A stretch of DNA of 59,813 nucleotides, filler included, from Asterionella formosa (Eukaryota), in the NCBI GenBank assembly GCA_002256025.1. It is 6 parts of 6 records of this genome, joined end to end, with 100 filler letters (N's around TTAATTAATTAA, not from the genome) between each part and the next. Parts side by side here need not be neighbours in the genome. Positions count along the whole stretch, not along the records: positions 30,016 to 39,885 come from NKIB01010114.1; positions 39,986 to 49,850 come from NKIB01010130.1; 4 more parts are not named here. One strand, given 5' to 3'. The position numbers were made by a program, and so were the translations under genes. This document shows, piece after piece, positions 35,067 to 46,489 of the stretch. Within the stretch, counting starts at the first letter, position 1. Every line of letters starts with the position of its first letter. Below the pieces are notes generated by a model, which was given only the letters and a program-made list of their open reading frames with translations, searched no databases and was not told the DNA's origin.

Positions 35067-36814
35067 CGAGTTCCTCGACTATTGGTATCCCCCAGATTAG
35101 AGATAGACCTGTGTCAAACAATTTCGACAAAATATTGTCTCTGGTAGCTCGATTTGAGGGAACCAGGCGCATGAATCAATGTGTGGGTTGCATTGTGGTA
35201 TTGTCGCTACTGTTAAGCAAGGAGGGTCACAACGTTGAAGGAGCAAGATGTTGTAGCTCTGTTGAGGAGTGGAACCTCATTGTTAATAAAGGTGAGCTAC
35301 AATAATATGATTTTATTCTATTGCCGTCATTGTGGTATGATTGTTGGTGTACAAACATATAACTAATCTGGTGGCTACACTGGTACTGGCCCCGGGCCAT
35401 GCTGTGCTTGTGTGGTGGTGCGCCATATTCCAATATTGACACACGCTCACAACCAGCCAGATTCAAGGAAAAAAGTTACAGCAGCACATCTACAACGCCG
35501 ATTATTGGTATAGCCACCAGAAAAAACGCAAGTCAAATATGATCACCCAAATTAATTATTTGGGTGGCCCAATGTTATGAATTTGGCTACGTACATAATT
35601 TAAGGAGATGACATTCCATATTAAATGTGATGCATCCACATAATATATATGAAAAATTGAACTAAAATAGTTTCGAAACTTACATAATTATTTTAGAGAC
35701 CCACATATTTTTTTGGGCCAACTAACAATATTTTTGCATGTCTGATCACATAGTTTCTGGAACAAAGACCACAACTTTTGTTCACAGCAATCAATTATAA
35801 TTTCTGTGAATGAGCAAACTTAAATTGGAAATGCTATTTCAATATTAAAATTTTTGTTGTATCTAACAGAACAATATTTACATTACATGACTAGCTAGGG
35901 CTTCTACTAATAGTGGTTGCTGCATAAACTGCTGAACAGCAGCCCATGCTGATAGAAATCGCTGCTACTTTGCTTGCTTGCATGGGCAACCTTCCAATTT
36001 TCTGGTACAAATCATTATCCCAAAAACCTTCTATCAAAAAGAAGACAGTATTAGCTGCTGTGTTGCTAGCATCTGGCTGATTGTAGTTGGCTGATTGAAG
36101 AATGGCTGAGAAGCAAAGATTCCTGAAAATAGGGGTAAGATAAATGCAATATGTTAGTGTGACTTAATTGATAACTATAATGATGGCAACACGCAAAACT
36201 ATATTGGTCATTCTTACCTCGTTTTATATTTCAGCTTTCACGAATAATTTAAATTTCTCTATAACAAGGTAGATTACTTGTGTTAGTTTTGGCAAGAGTA
36301 AGCAAAAGGCAAGACAATAAATGAGATAACAAAAAAACATACAATAAGAAAAAGCTTCATAATCGGTTGGATCCAGCACAAAAGCACCTCGGTTTCTGCT
36401 GCAAAGTGGAACAATAATCGAGGAGCCAATATCCATCATATCCTTGATAGTTGGCGGGTTCATAACATTGCGGTCAATGACACAGTGTCACTTGGGCTTC
36501 GTTGTTTCCTCCATCACTGCTTCTTGGTCGAATCTTGTTGCTTTTGTCATGCTAGTTTATAACAACCTAACTTTAAGAACGACCTCCATTCATAATTAAA
36601 TCTTGAAAATTCTTTCATGATAGGCTTTGATGTAACAAGAAGGAAGGAATTTGAGAAGAAGCAGCTCCGTGACCATGATGACCCCAACTTCTACTTCTTA
36701 GTAGTAGCCTCTTCAATGGAACACATTTCTTTTCCCATTCAGATGAATTACCATATGTAGGAAGCTTAGAAACCGCTGGTACCACCGTCTTCCCATAATT
36801 TTAATAAATCTTTG

Positions 36815-37090
36815 CCTACTTTTTCCCATCGTTTGATACTCATGTCGAAATACCATCACCTTCTTGCCTGTAGCAATTGTGACCTCATATGGCTCCAAAG
36901 ATTGATTTGGAAAAACCTTATTGAGATACCTTATCAATCTATTAGTATTAAATTGTATTTTATCGCCTATAGAGTAATTTTCGTGAAGATATTCCCTGAA
37001 TTGATCAACCGGCAACTAAACACCATGAATTCGGAGTTGCTGATTGTAGACATAACAGATATTGTTGATTACTTTTTGAATATCATTTGA
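36815..37090 (-). pseudogene. Plavaka transposase N-terminal fragment (second, divergent family)
   Basis: PYEVTIATGKKVMVFRHEYQTM aligns by eye with PCVKAVTLHCGRSVDVVCFDFLVA of the 30016-32038 protein. Confidence 0.4.
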
Positions 37091-37161
37091 AAAGTGATTC
37101 CCCAAAAGCATTTCACTCATGACCATATGAATGAAACTAAATGCCTTTGGGAATCACTTTT
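37090..37161. repeat. Inverted repeat, about 23 bp arms
   Basis: aaaagtgattccccaaaagcattt ... aaatgcctttgggaatcactttt. Confidence 0.85.
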
Positions 37162-38074
37162 GCACAAGAAATGGCGGCAATATTGAGGTACCCGAGGTAG
37201 CCCTTGTAGACGATAGTACATAATTATTTAGCTTAAATTTTGTGATTTGTTTCTACCGGTTTATATAAAACACCACAGTGTAGTACTTATGAGCAGCTGG
37301 AGAATCCTGCATCATGCTGTCTCCACATTGACCATGATGAAAATGGCGAATTCTCCACGAAAAACGAGAATGATGCTTTGCTATTGGGTACATTATATCT
37401 GACATGACATATATAATACAATCGCAAAAAAAATAGCTGTAATAACACTAATATTCACAACGAAAATTGATGTCACCAATGGCGCATTTCTTCATGTAGT
37501 TTAGACAATGTGCAACTCAAAGCAACAAAGTTATGACAAGAATTAACACTTTCTTAGTATACACCACTCTACATTATGGCAATCTGTAGTTCAAACCAAA
37601 TTTTGTTTGATCTCTATTTAACCATATCAACTAACAGTCCATTAATATTTTCAAAATGAATCTTTTGTTTATGATTACTGATCCAGTTGGTGATTACATA
37701 TGACTAAAAATCTGCTGACAACAACTAGATGTAACAGATTGGTGAATTCCATTAGTAAACTGTCTTCCAGTTGCTGAATTACCAATACCAGTAGTAGTTG
37801 CTGGTGAAAACAATTTCAATGATCAGAGCATGACTTGGATTTAATGATTGATAATTTAACATAATAGAAATTTACTTGCGTTTGGAATGGAAAGCCAGCC
37901 TATCTTGTCCAGTAGGCATGGGACAAGTTATTGGGAGTGAGTCGAAACTGAATAAGTAGTGTTCCTGTCTTTGTCTATCCTATCAGCTGCATTCCTTTAT
38001 TCAAAGCTTCAGGCTTTGCTTATAAGCCTTGATGATAACAATCAATGGCATAACACAATTCATTATAGATCTAA

Positions 38075-39885
38075 CTATATCCCCCCTTCTACATTTGCTC
38101 TGTAAAGCTTATTTTGTGTTTGACGCCGTCTATCATCCATGAGTTGTTGCTGCTGTCGCCTTCTCCTGTTCTTTTCTCGGATTCGATCGCAAAATGGTAA
38201 AGGGCATGTGGCACGAATAGTGCAAAGTCGAGCATGCATAGATAAAAGAGTTAGGGTACGTGTGCAAATCTTGCAGGATTTCTTTGGTGTAACATCGCAA
38301 TCCCTTAAGTGCTCAAATAACTTCTTCATTCTCTGACAGTTGTTCAACAAGCAAGCGGGAGGCCCAAAACAACTACCGGCATGTGCAAGGAGCTCGAGGT
38401 GAACCTTGATGGTTCGCGCCCTCTCTTCTCGATTCTTTTGTTCGTTGTTGGAGAGCTCTGCATCTATTGGCGAGAACGTATGAGCAGAGTCATGAAAAAA
38501 CCGAGTATGTTGCTGAGCAAACCTCCCTGTTATGACTGGTTCATAGCAATCTTCGCAGAGGTTGAAATTTGAGCACTCATTGCAATGATAACGAATACCA
38601 TGGGTTATCTCACGGGAACATGCCGCACAATTTTCGAGAAACTTTGGAGCATTGGGGTTGTGGAGCTGGAAAAGTACCATCATGGTTGTATGTTTCGCTC
38701 GTCGTAACTCATCAAACTGAAAGTGATTTGTTTGGCAATAGTTCAAGAACTGTTGCCTGGACTCAAACATCTCGAATTCTTGTGGCTCATCTTCGTCTAT
38801 CGTCGAGCCAATAGGTTTGCTAGCAGCCTGCAAATCAGCAAAGTGCTTCGCAATGGCCGCTCCCATCTCCTCGAAGCCCCTCTTTACTCCTACGCCACCA
38901 TTATGACCTTCCTTCTTGAAATCGGCGTCCACATTTTTCACTGACGACTGCGTCAGTGAGACATGCTCTACAAATGCACTTGTTTGGAACTGATCTGGTA
39001 CAAATGCTAACTCATCTTGATTTTCAATTGTCTGGCCAACACTTTCATCATTCCTATCATTGTCACCAATTATTCCTTTGAACAGTTTTGGTTCAATTTC
39101 AGCATCGCTAATATCGTCATCATGTTCTTCCATCACTATTTCGCCACTGGGTTTTGGATCAAGTGATATATCCCTTTTATTTTCACGCCCTTTGATCATG
39201 ATAATTTCGTCAGTAGGTTCAGCACCAACATTTTCTGCACCATCTTCACCCATTAAAACACCGGGATTTGATTCAGTTACAGCAATGGCACTAAAATCTG
39301 CGCTTACACCGAATGCATTTACGGAATTATCGTCTCGGTGATCTAAGGGAACCGACACAGTGCCCAACGAACGCGAATTGTCGTCTTTGGGATCATCGAC
39401 TCCAGAAGTAACGATCCCTTCACCACTCGAAGATTTTGGTATAGTAGTCGATACTACTTCGAGGATCAAACTTGGCTGCTTGCCTACATTCGCTGAAGAA
39501 TGAGTTCCGATACCAGTTCCCACAATGTCGTTATTTGTGAATAATGCAGCTTTATCCAATTTGGGCGCTTCGTCTGTCTCTTTTGGGGTTTTTTCAAAAA
39601 AGGAAGTATTTACTGGCTTAGTGTCACCGACGGTTTCTTCTTTCACGATTGAAGGCTGAAGTGGATGATCTAAGACACTTGAATCCTTCCCCCGGATTTT
39701 GGGGCGTTTGCTGATTAGTTGATCATCGTTGTCTTCCCTCCAATTTGAGACATCGCCGCCTGCTTCGACTGCAGAGGCGAAATCTCTACTTCGTAGCTCG
39801 GCAATGAGGAAGTTCTGCTTCATGTTGCCGATGGCCAAACCAAGTCTCAACATAACTTTGTCTTGACCCAAAGGTACCATATTTC
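38075..39885 (-). CDS. CBP/p300-family histone acetyltransferase, 3' part only (end of KAT domain, ZZ and TAZ zinc fingers)
   Basis: MKQNFLIAEL, FESRQQFLNYCQTNHFQFDELRRAKHTTMMVLFQLH, ZZ finger CAAC...RYHCNECSNFNLCEDC, TAZ finger HLELLAHAGSC...NCQRMKKLFEH...HARLC...CPLPFC. Confidence 0.93.
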
Positions 39886-39985
39886 NNNNNNNNNNNNNNN
39901 NNNNNNNNNNNNNNNNNNNNNNNNNNNNNTTAATTAATTAANNNNNNNNNNNNNNNNNNNNNNNNNNNNNNNNNNNNNNNNNNNN
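39886..39985. other. Artificial scaffold linker
   Basis: N44-TTAATTAATTAA-N44. Confidence 0.97.
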
Positions 39986-40475
39986 AAGACTGCTTACAGA
40001 ATGATCCTGTTAATCATAACTAGATCATATCTAGTTTGCTTCTTTAATGTTCCTTGATGTTGCGGACATATCTGTAATTGTCTAGTCAATCATTTATTGA
40101 TTTGGCTTCTAGCTAGGTCTGATCGTCTTCTAGAGTCCATTTAACAGGTTAGAGAGAACTTCTCCTGAAAGTTCCTCTCTCAACTGTGGCATTTTACACG
40201 CGATATTTGACCATGTAATCTTGAATCAATCATCTAGTGGATTGTGGTACATGTTTCTAATCAGGTCACTAGAGGCGAAAATATATTGACACTCATAACC
40301 TGATCAGGAATCAGGAATCTCTATGTGTTTCAACTAACACTAATTGTATACATATTTTTATGTCCTGTAATTAAATTAATCAACAAAGACACCATTTTTA
40401 TCTCTAACGGAAACAACGGAAACAACGAAAACGTGTAAGATAAAACCCATTCCAATACAAATTTCGCAACCAACA

Positions 40476-40976
40476 ATGACGATGAGGGCGACACTTTTCC
40501 TCGTGCTTGTTAGCTCGATTTTCCCTGCTGCAAATGCGTATGCCTCTTGGCTCAAGTGCTTTGTGGATCTTGACTCTTCAGAAGTTGTGATGAACAACAT
40601 TGTTCAAAATTTTGACGATGCCCCCCACAAGGTTGAAATTGAAGTCAGAGAAGAAGGATCGACGGAATGGACACAGTCCTACGTGTACCCCAAGAGCGGC
40701 GAGACGACGCTGGAAGCTCGACTGAAACTCCCAGAGGGCTTCGGAGATACTACTTTGCAGTACGTAATGGAGACCACGGCAGGTGGGAGCTTTTTTGAAC
40801 CGGAAATGTGTGACGGGCGCCGTTCTTTTGGTCGCAAGGTATCGGAATATGTGAAGTTAAAGATCCAACCGGGTCAAGACTCCATCACTTTGTGGGCTGG
40901 ATACGCAAAAGGTCATAGCGTAGTCGCCTTAACTGATGCACTTGTCTTGAGACAAGGATCATACGATGAACTGTAA
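40476..40976 (+). CDS. Small ER-lumen protein, possibly Reeler-like beta-sandwich
   Basis: Signal peptide (LFLVLVSSIFPAANA-Y), two Cys, QYVMETTAGGSF and ITLWAGYAKGH, C-terminal YDEL retention-type signal. Confidence 0.7.
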   Translation: MTMRATLFLVLVSSIFPAANAYASWLKCFVDLDSSEVVMNNIVQNFDDAPHKVEIEVREEGSTEWTQSYVYPKSGETTLEARLKLPEGFGDTTLQYVMETTAGGSFFEPEMCDGRRSFGRKVSEYVKLKIQPGQDSITLWAGYAKGHSVVALTDALVLRQGSYDEL

Positions 40977-41554
40977 AGGTGTTCCTACATTATATATTTG
41001 CTTCAGATCTAATGTTGTAGAGGAGACCTGACATGTTCCACTTCTTTGCACAATATTTTGAGCCTGCTGCAACGAGGATTGATCAAGAGCATTACCCCTA
41101 TCCTCCTTTTCCTCTTCTTTAATCCATGGGCATGTAGTATTGTTCACATTGACGTCACTAGTTCTTACATTTTGAACTGCATTTTACATATATATGTCGG
41201 TAAATACTGGTGGTGATCATCCAATAAATCATCTGTCCAGCGGGGGTACGATATATGAGTAACGAAAGGTTGGTTCCTCTGGATTTTAGATTAGCATACG
41301 GTAACTAGCAAATCGAGAGTAGAAATCAATGCTATTAGCTATATAGAGGTAGTGGGGCGTGGAGTTCGGTGCCCCATACTGGATGCTTGGAAGCGCTGCG
41401 TATGAATTGGCTACTGTAAATGGTAATCTCGAACGACCACCTCATACCGGCTACAAGTCAATTTACTCTTGTGAATATGTAAGTCCGATGCGGAATGCAA
41501 TCTCTAGCCATTTGGACAACCGGTAGGAAAATATGGATACACTACAAGAAAGTG

Positions 41555-44107
41555 CTATACAACTCTAGATGCCCATGCCCCCTTCGGAGTGAGCATAGGC
41601 GGCGCAGCCTGTTTCTGGGTTTCGACTTTTTGGTCCACTTGGACCGGAGGAAAAGAGCCACCAAGTGATGGCCAAAACAGCTGACCATTGTCACCAGAGA
41701 ATTGAAGTGCTTGCTTCATGTTGGGAGCGGGAGAGTTCCGAGACAGGGAGTGCTTCCGCCAATCACCCGATGGAGCAGGTGGGTCGCCACTGCTTGTTGT
41801 TGATATCAAACTTTCATTCATATCATGTCCCCTAGAGGATTGCAGAAAAGCTGCCGAATTTTTTAGAAGCGGTTGTCCTGATGACCTGGTAAATTGAGCA
41901 TGAGGAGAAGGATCCAATTGGCCTTGGGAAAGTGAGTTCTGTTGCAGGTAGGGAGCTGGATTTTGTTGAGTCGGTCGCAAGTTGCTTTGTATCCCCTGCT
42001 TTTTCGTGGCCCACGATCCTGGAAATGGTTTAATTGGTGCGGGGCCTGTTGGCGCCGGATTTGGCCGAGCCAATGGTTGCTGTCCTTTCTGAGCGGCTTG
42101 CTGTAAACCACCAAGTTTATGACCCACCCTCTGCTGATTGGTTTTTGAGTGATTTCCAATTCGCTGTGGAACTAAATTGTGGTTCGATGATTTCTTATTG
42201 GCGCCTATTCCAGTTCCGACACTACACCAACTCTGTTCCATCTTTTGCTCGACTTGAGGAGGTCCAGATTTGCCTGGTGGTGTGATCTGTGGGAGAGTGG
42301 AAGGAAGGTGTTCATCCGTAGCACCACTTGGCTCCTGCGCGTCAGATTTCTTTATTACGTCCTGAATGATGTTAATGCGTTCGTTTTCGATTAAAGATCC
42401 TGTAATTGATTTGCCACCTTCGTGCTCGGACAGGTCTAGATTCAAGTCACCATCCTTTGGGCAGATAGAAGTATGGTTGGCTGATGGCAAGGGTGCCTCA
42501 GTTGCAGGTTTCTTATTACGTTTCCGCGGCGGTCTCTTCTTTTCAGGCAGTATCTTGCTTTCATCGCAAAATTTGCTTGACGCTGCGTCTGATTCTGACT
42601 CGCCATCGTCATCCTGAGTATTCCAGTAGTGGTTGAGCTCCTTTTCTTGCCGATCAGGAAGCGCAAAGTCGTCATGTATGAACGAGAACCCGCGGAAAGC
42701 ATCGGACTTGATGCGACTAGGCAAAAAGTCATGATCATTCATCTCCTTCACTGATTTAGGCAGTGGCATCTGCAGGAACTCGTCATGGAAATGTCTCAAA
42801 TCTTCGTCGTTGTCCACAGGCAGTCTTTCCGGTGGATCTATTTCCTTTCTCTCTAACTTTTCCCAATTAAGATCACTAAAAAAATCTTGCTGCTTTAATC
42901 CAGAAATACCTCCAACAGCAAACATTGTGCTCCTTGCAGCGCCAAGGCGAGCAATCGCATTTCTATTCAAAAGTCCCTTTAATAGCTTACAAGCAGACGC
43001 TGTCGACCCGTCGGGCATTTTCACTCGTTCCGACATTATTTTGGAAAATAGATCCTTGGAACCTTTTTTAGATGTGAAAGGTGGCTCTCCGCTTAACATT
43101 TCATAAGCAATGCAGCCTAACGACCAAAAATCAGCAGCTCGTCCATAACCTTTTCTAGCCACCATTTCTGGTGCCATGTACTCCTGCGTTCCACAAATAG
43201 TCTTCGCCCTTGACTCATCACCTTCATTTTGAAAGCCACCATCTTCAGAAAAGTCTTTCGCAAGCCCGAAATCTGTGAGGCAAACGTGACCATCAATGCT
43301 GAGCAAAATATTTTCAGGTTTGAGATCCCTGTGCAAAATTCCTCGGGTGTGTAAGTGGTCCAATGCAATAATAATCTCAGCAAGGTAAAAGGCGGCAGTT
43401 TTCTCACGGAAAATGCCTTCTCTACCCAACCGTAAGAATAGTTCGCCCCCTGCTAGAAAATCCATAATAATAAAAAGTTTTTCCTTGGTTTGAAACGAGC
43501 AGTGCATTGTAACCACAAAGGGAGACTTGATCTTCGTGAGGATATCTCTTTCCGCTTGGATGTTTTCAATGTAGCTGATTCTTCGCTTCAAGAGCCTTTT
43601 AGAGATAACTTTCATGGCTAGTACCTCCTTGCTTTTTTTGTTACGAACTTGCAATACCTTCCCGAAAGCGCCCATCCCAATGACTTTAAGGAGTTCAAAG
43701 TCTTTCGGAGTGACAAACCGACCCCTGACCTTGTCCCGTGAATTTTCTTGTTCAATTGCTACGTGTTCTTTCGATACAAGAGGAGGAACAGAGGATTTGA
43801 CTTTAGTTACTCCATCAGTCGAGCTATTTCCCGTGACCGGAGTGGTATTGCATGTGGCATGTACAAATGACATAAAATCGGCATCGGATTTCTGAAAGCT
43901 GCCGTTCTTAGATCCGACTGATACATGTACAGGGAAACTGTCCATCATATCACAAGCATCTTCAGGGAGTAACTTTGGAATCTGGCTGATTTGTTTACTG
44001 TCTCCAAAGCGGTTTCCCTGCGCCGTGGTCATGTCAACATTGCTGTTGTCGGAACTGTTGTAACTGCATAACGGTGTGTTGTCTTGTCGTGCTTCCATGG
44101 ATGCCAT
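41555..44107 (-). CDS. S6K: AGC-family Ser/Thr kinase, ribosomal protein S6 kinase-like
   Basis: DFELLKVIGMGAFGKVLQV, AMKV, HRDLKPEN, DFG, TICGTQEYMAPE, AGC C-tail with hydrophobic motif FRGFSF; long low-complexity tail. Confidence 0.9.
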   Translation of the reverse strand: MASMEARQDNTPLCSYNSSDNSNVDMTTAQGNRFGDSKQISQIPKLLPEDACDMMDSFPVHVSVGSKNGSFQKSDADFMSFVHATCNTTPVTGNSSTDGVTKVKSSVPPLVSKEHVAIEQENSRDKVRGRFVTPKDFELLKVIGMGAFGKVLQVRNKKSKEVLAMKVISKRLLKRRISYIENIQAERDILTKIKSPFVVTMHCSFQTKEKLFIIMDFLAGGELFLRLGREGIFREKTAAFYLAEIIIALDHLHTRGILHRDLKPENILLSIDGHVCLTDFGLAKDFSEDGGFQNEGDESRAKTICGTQEYMAPEMVARKGYGRAADFWSLGCIAYEMLSGEPPFTSKKGSKDLFSKIMSERVKMPDGSTASACKLLKGLLNRNAIARLGAARSTMFAVGGISGLKQQDFFSDLNWEKLERKEIDPPERLPVDNDEDLRHFHDEFLQMPLPKSVKEMNDHDFLPSRIKSDAFRGFSFIHDDFALPDRQEKELNHYWNTQDDDGESESDAASSKFCDESKILPEKKRPPRKRNKKPATEAPLPSANHTSICPKDGDLNLDLSEHEGGKSITGSLIENERINIIQDVIKKSDAQEPSGATDEHLPSTLPQITPPGKSGPPQVEQKMEQSWCSVGTGIGANKKSSNHNLVPQRIGNHSKTNQQRVGHKLGGLQQAAQKGQQPLARPNPAPTGPAPIKPFPGSWATKKQGIQSNLRPTQQNPAPYLQQNSLSQGQLDPSPHAQFTRSSGQPLLKNSAAFLQSSRGHDMNESLISTTSSGDPPAPSGDWRKHSLSRNSPAPNMKQALQFSGDNGQLFWPSLGGSFPPVQVDQKVETQKQAAPPMLTPKGAWASRVV

Positions 44108-46489
44108 TTCAGAGCGCGTATAAACTGACCCAGGAGCTGGATGTAGTATAAATAGAAAGTATCTCAGTCAGTTTAAGTTCTCAGCTTTGGCGACGGAAGC
44201 TGCAGAATGATAACCTGTGATCCTTTTTCCATCGATGCAACAATGCTTCTGGCAAATTTATAATTGTTGGCTGTAAATCAGGAAAAACCTGGATGAAACA
44301 TCACACGATGCATAGATGCTGATGGATGGTTGCATGTTGGTTGCGTTGGGTTGATTTGCGTGATGGCAAAATTCAACCAAGCAATATCATGTGTATCATT
44401 CCTCAATTGCTTACGTGCGTACATACGACATATATGTCGGTGTGACATCACACATCCATGCATCATACCGGTATCATACCTATGTTTGAGTGTACATGGA
44501 GCCCAGGCAGAAGATTCATTCGAACCGAAGAATCTGGAGCCGCACCACACAGATTCTTCCTCATCGCTCATTCACTGGTCTAAGCAAGTGACATGCCCGC
44601 GCGCTGCGGTTGCGAACATGATTTATCTGAAGCTCATGGAGCACTGGTCGTGTGCAAGTAGGATTTTTTGCTCTGGTATCAAATCATACGCTCCTCTTGA
44701 AACGTGAACCTGGTGCTAGAAGCCTCAGACTTTAAGGGATTCAAATTAATTTAGATCGTCCATTTCTTTCTATGATAGTATAATATTGCATTTCGAGACC
44801 CCTTGCATAGCTCGACTATTATAGTATCATCAAAGTCTACCTATGTAGTGATGATTACAAACCGATTACAAACCGATCACCTCCACCATGTTGGTTGCAC
44901 TGGATGATGGACTATTGCAGCTAAAATAGAAAGAGTCCTAACAACTTCAAGTGCTAGCTAGTCAATTAGAGGCAGATGCGCTACTTAATTGGAATGCTTC
45001 TAGATTCATAGAGCATCTAGCTAAGCATTGCCCTTCATTCTAGTGAGTATATTAGCTAGGTTGATAGTCATTTGATCAGCCAATTGTTGTATCTGATGCC
45101 ATTAGTCATTCCCTATGATCATCCAGGAGGAGGACAAGATGCCACCAAATCATTTATTCGATTGCACTTCTACAATGACGAGGACCCCATCCTTGCACCT
45201 GGTGTCACAACTGCCTGAGTATTGCAAGTTACAATATTGAATGGCTGCCTAAAGCTGCTGACTCCGAAATATTGTACCCTTCCACATCTGTATTTTATTT
45301 CAACAATGCTCTCCATATGGCATTTCAAAACATGCAGCTGTCAGCTGTCTTTCAGAGATTCAAGGATGAAGAGGGAGAGTTAGTGGATGTTGCTGGCAAC
45401 AAAAATCAGCAATCAGGAATCACCAGCCTTCAGCAAATTCACTTTCAACCAAGACATCATGCCAAGTGGACTATTTCCTCTATGCAAGTGTAGTCAGCCA
45501 AAAGGATATTTATCTCACCCAATTCAACACTTACCTTGCTTCTTCAATGGAGCATCCCAACAATGTTGGAACCATGTGCTGTGCCAGTGCAAACCATCAC
45601 CAGAAGACGATGCATGATGATGCCATTTTGTGTTTGGCTGTACATATATATATTTATGAGTTTTCATTGTGTTTTTCTAAAGCTATTTATAAGATAATTA
45701 TAGATCACTTTTTACTAATTTACATACCAACTTACTAAAGCCAAAATCTCAAATCATGATGTATTCATGTTTTGATGGAAAATGGTATGTTGTCAAAAGT
45801 ATAGAGTTTTTGGAAATCATTTTTAGGGATGCATCCTGGTGTTACAGGGAGGATGCTCAAGAAATGATTACCAAATTATCAAGGTACCTGATGAAGGAGA
45901 ACCCCAATTTTTTGTATTCTCATAAGTCAGAAAGCATTTAGGGGATCAGAATACAAATTTCAAGTCTAAATGCCCTCTTGGTACCTGAATCATATCTGCA
46001 CATGACAAGTGCTCCAAGTGAGGGCAGCTGCACATATGGCAGAGTAACTTGGGTCCTGCCAAGTCAGCCAGGTTCACTTGCTACCTCGTACCCACAACAT
46101 CCCAATGTGATGCAACAAGGAGACCCCATTGCATCGTCATGGAAGATTGACTCATACATCTTGCTTAGCAATGTGTGGCACCAGGAACACACAAATGCAT
46201 ACATAGACAACTGTAGGTGAACCACCAGTAACAGTAACAGCAATACCACCCTGTTTTTATATCATGTTGCTTCGCCTATACAATGTACTCCAAGTACCTG
46301 GTACAGTGAGGATGTCTTGACTGAATGTATTCTGTTGCAATTAGTGACCACAGGAGCTATATATGGATGTGGGGAAGGATATTTTGTCCCCACATTTTGC
46401 TTTTAAACTATCAGTCAATACATTTTCACTGTATTCTTGAATTTATTATAGATGTGCGTAATCTAGAGAGTTCCCACAATTCCTTGAAT

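Noticed and set aside
44850..46250. Degenerate coding-like stretch between S6K and SHMT
   Set aside because: Multiple stops, CpG-poor and unidentifiable; likely an old relic
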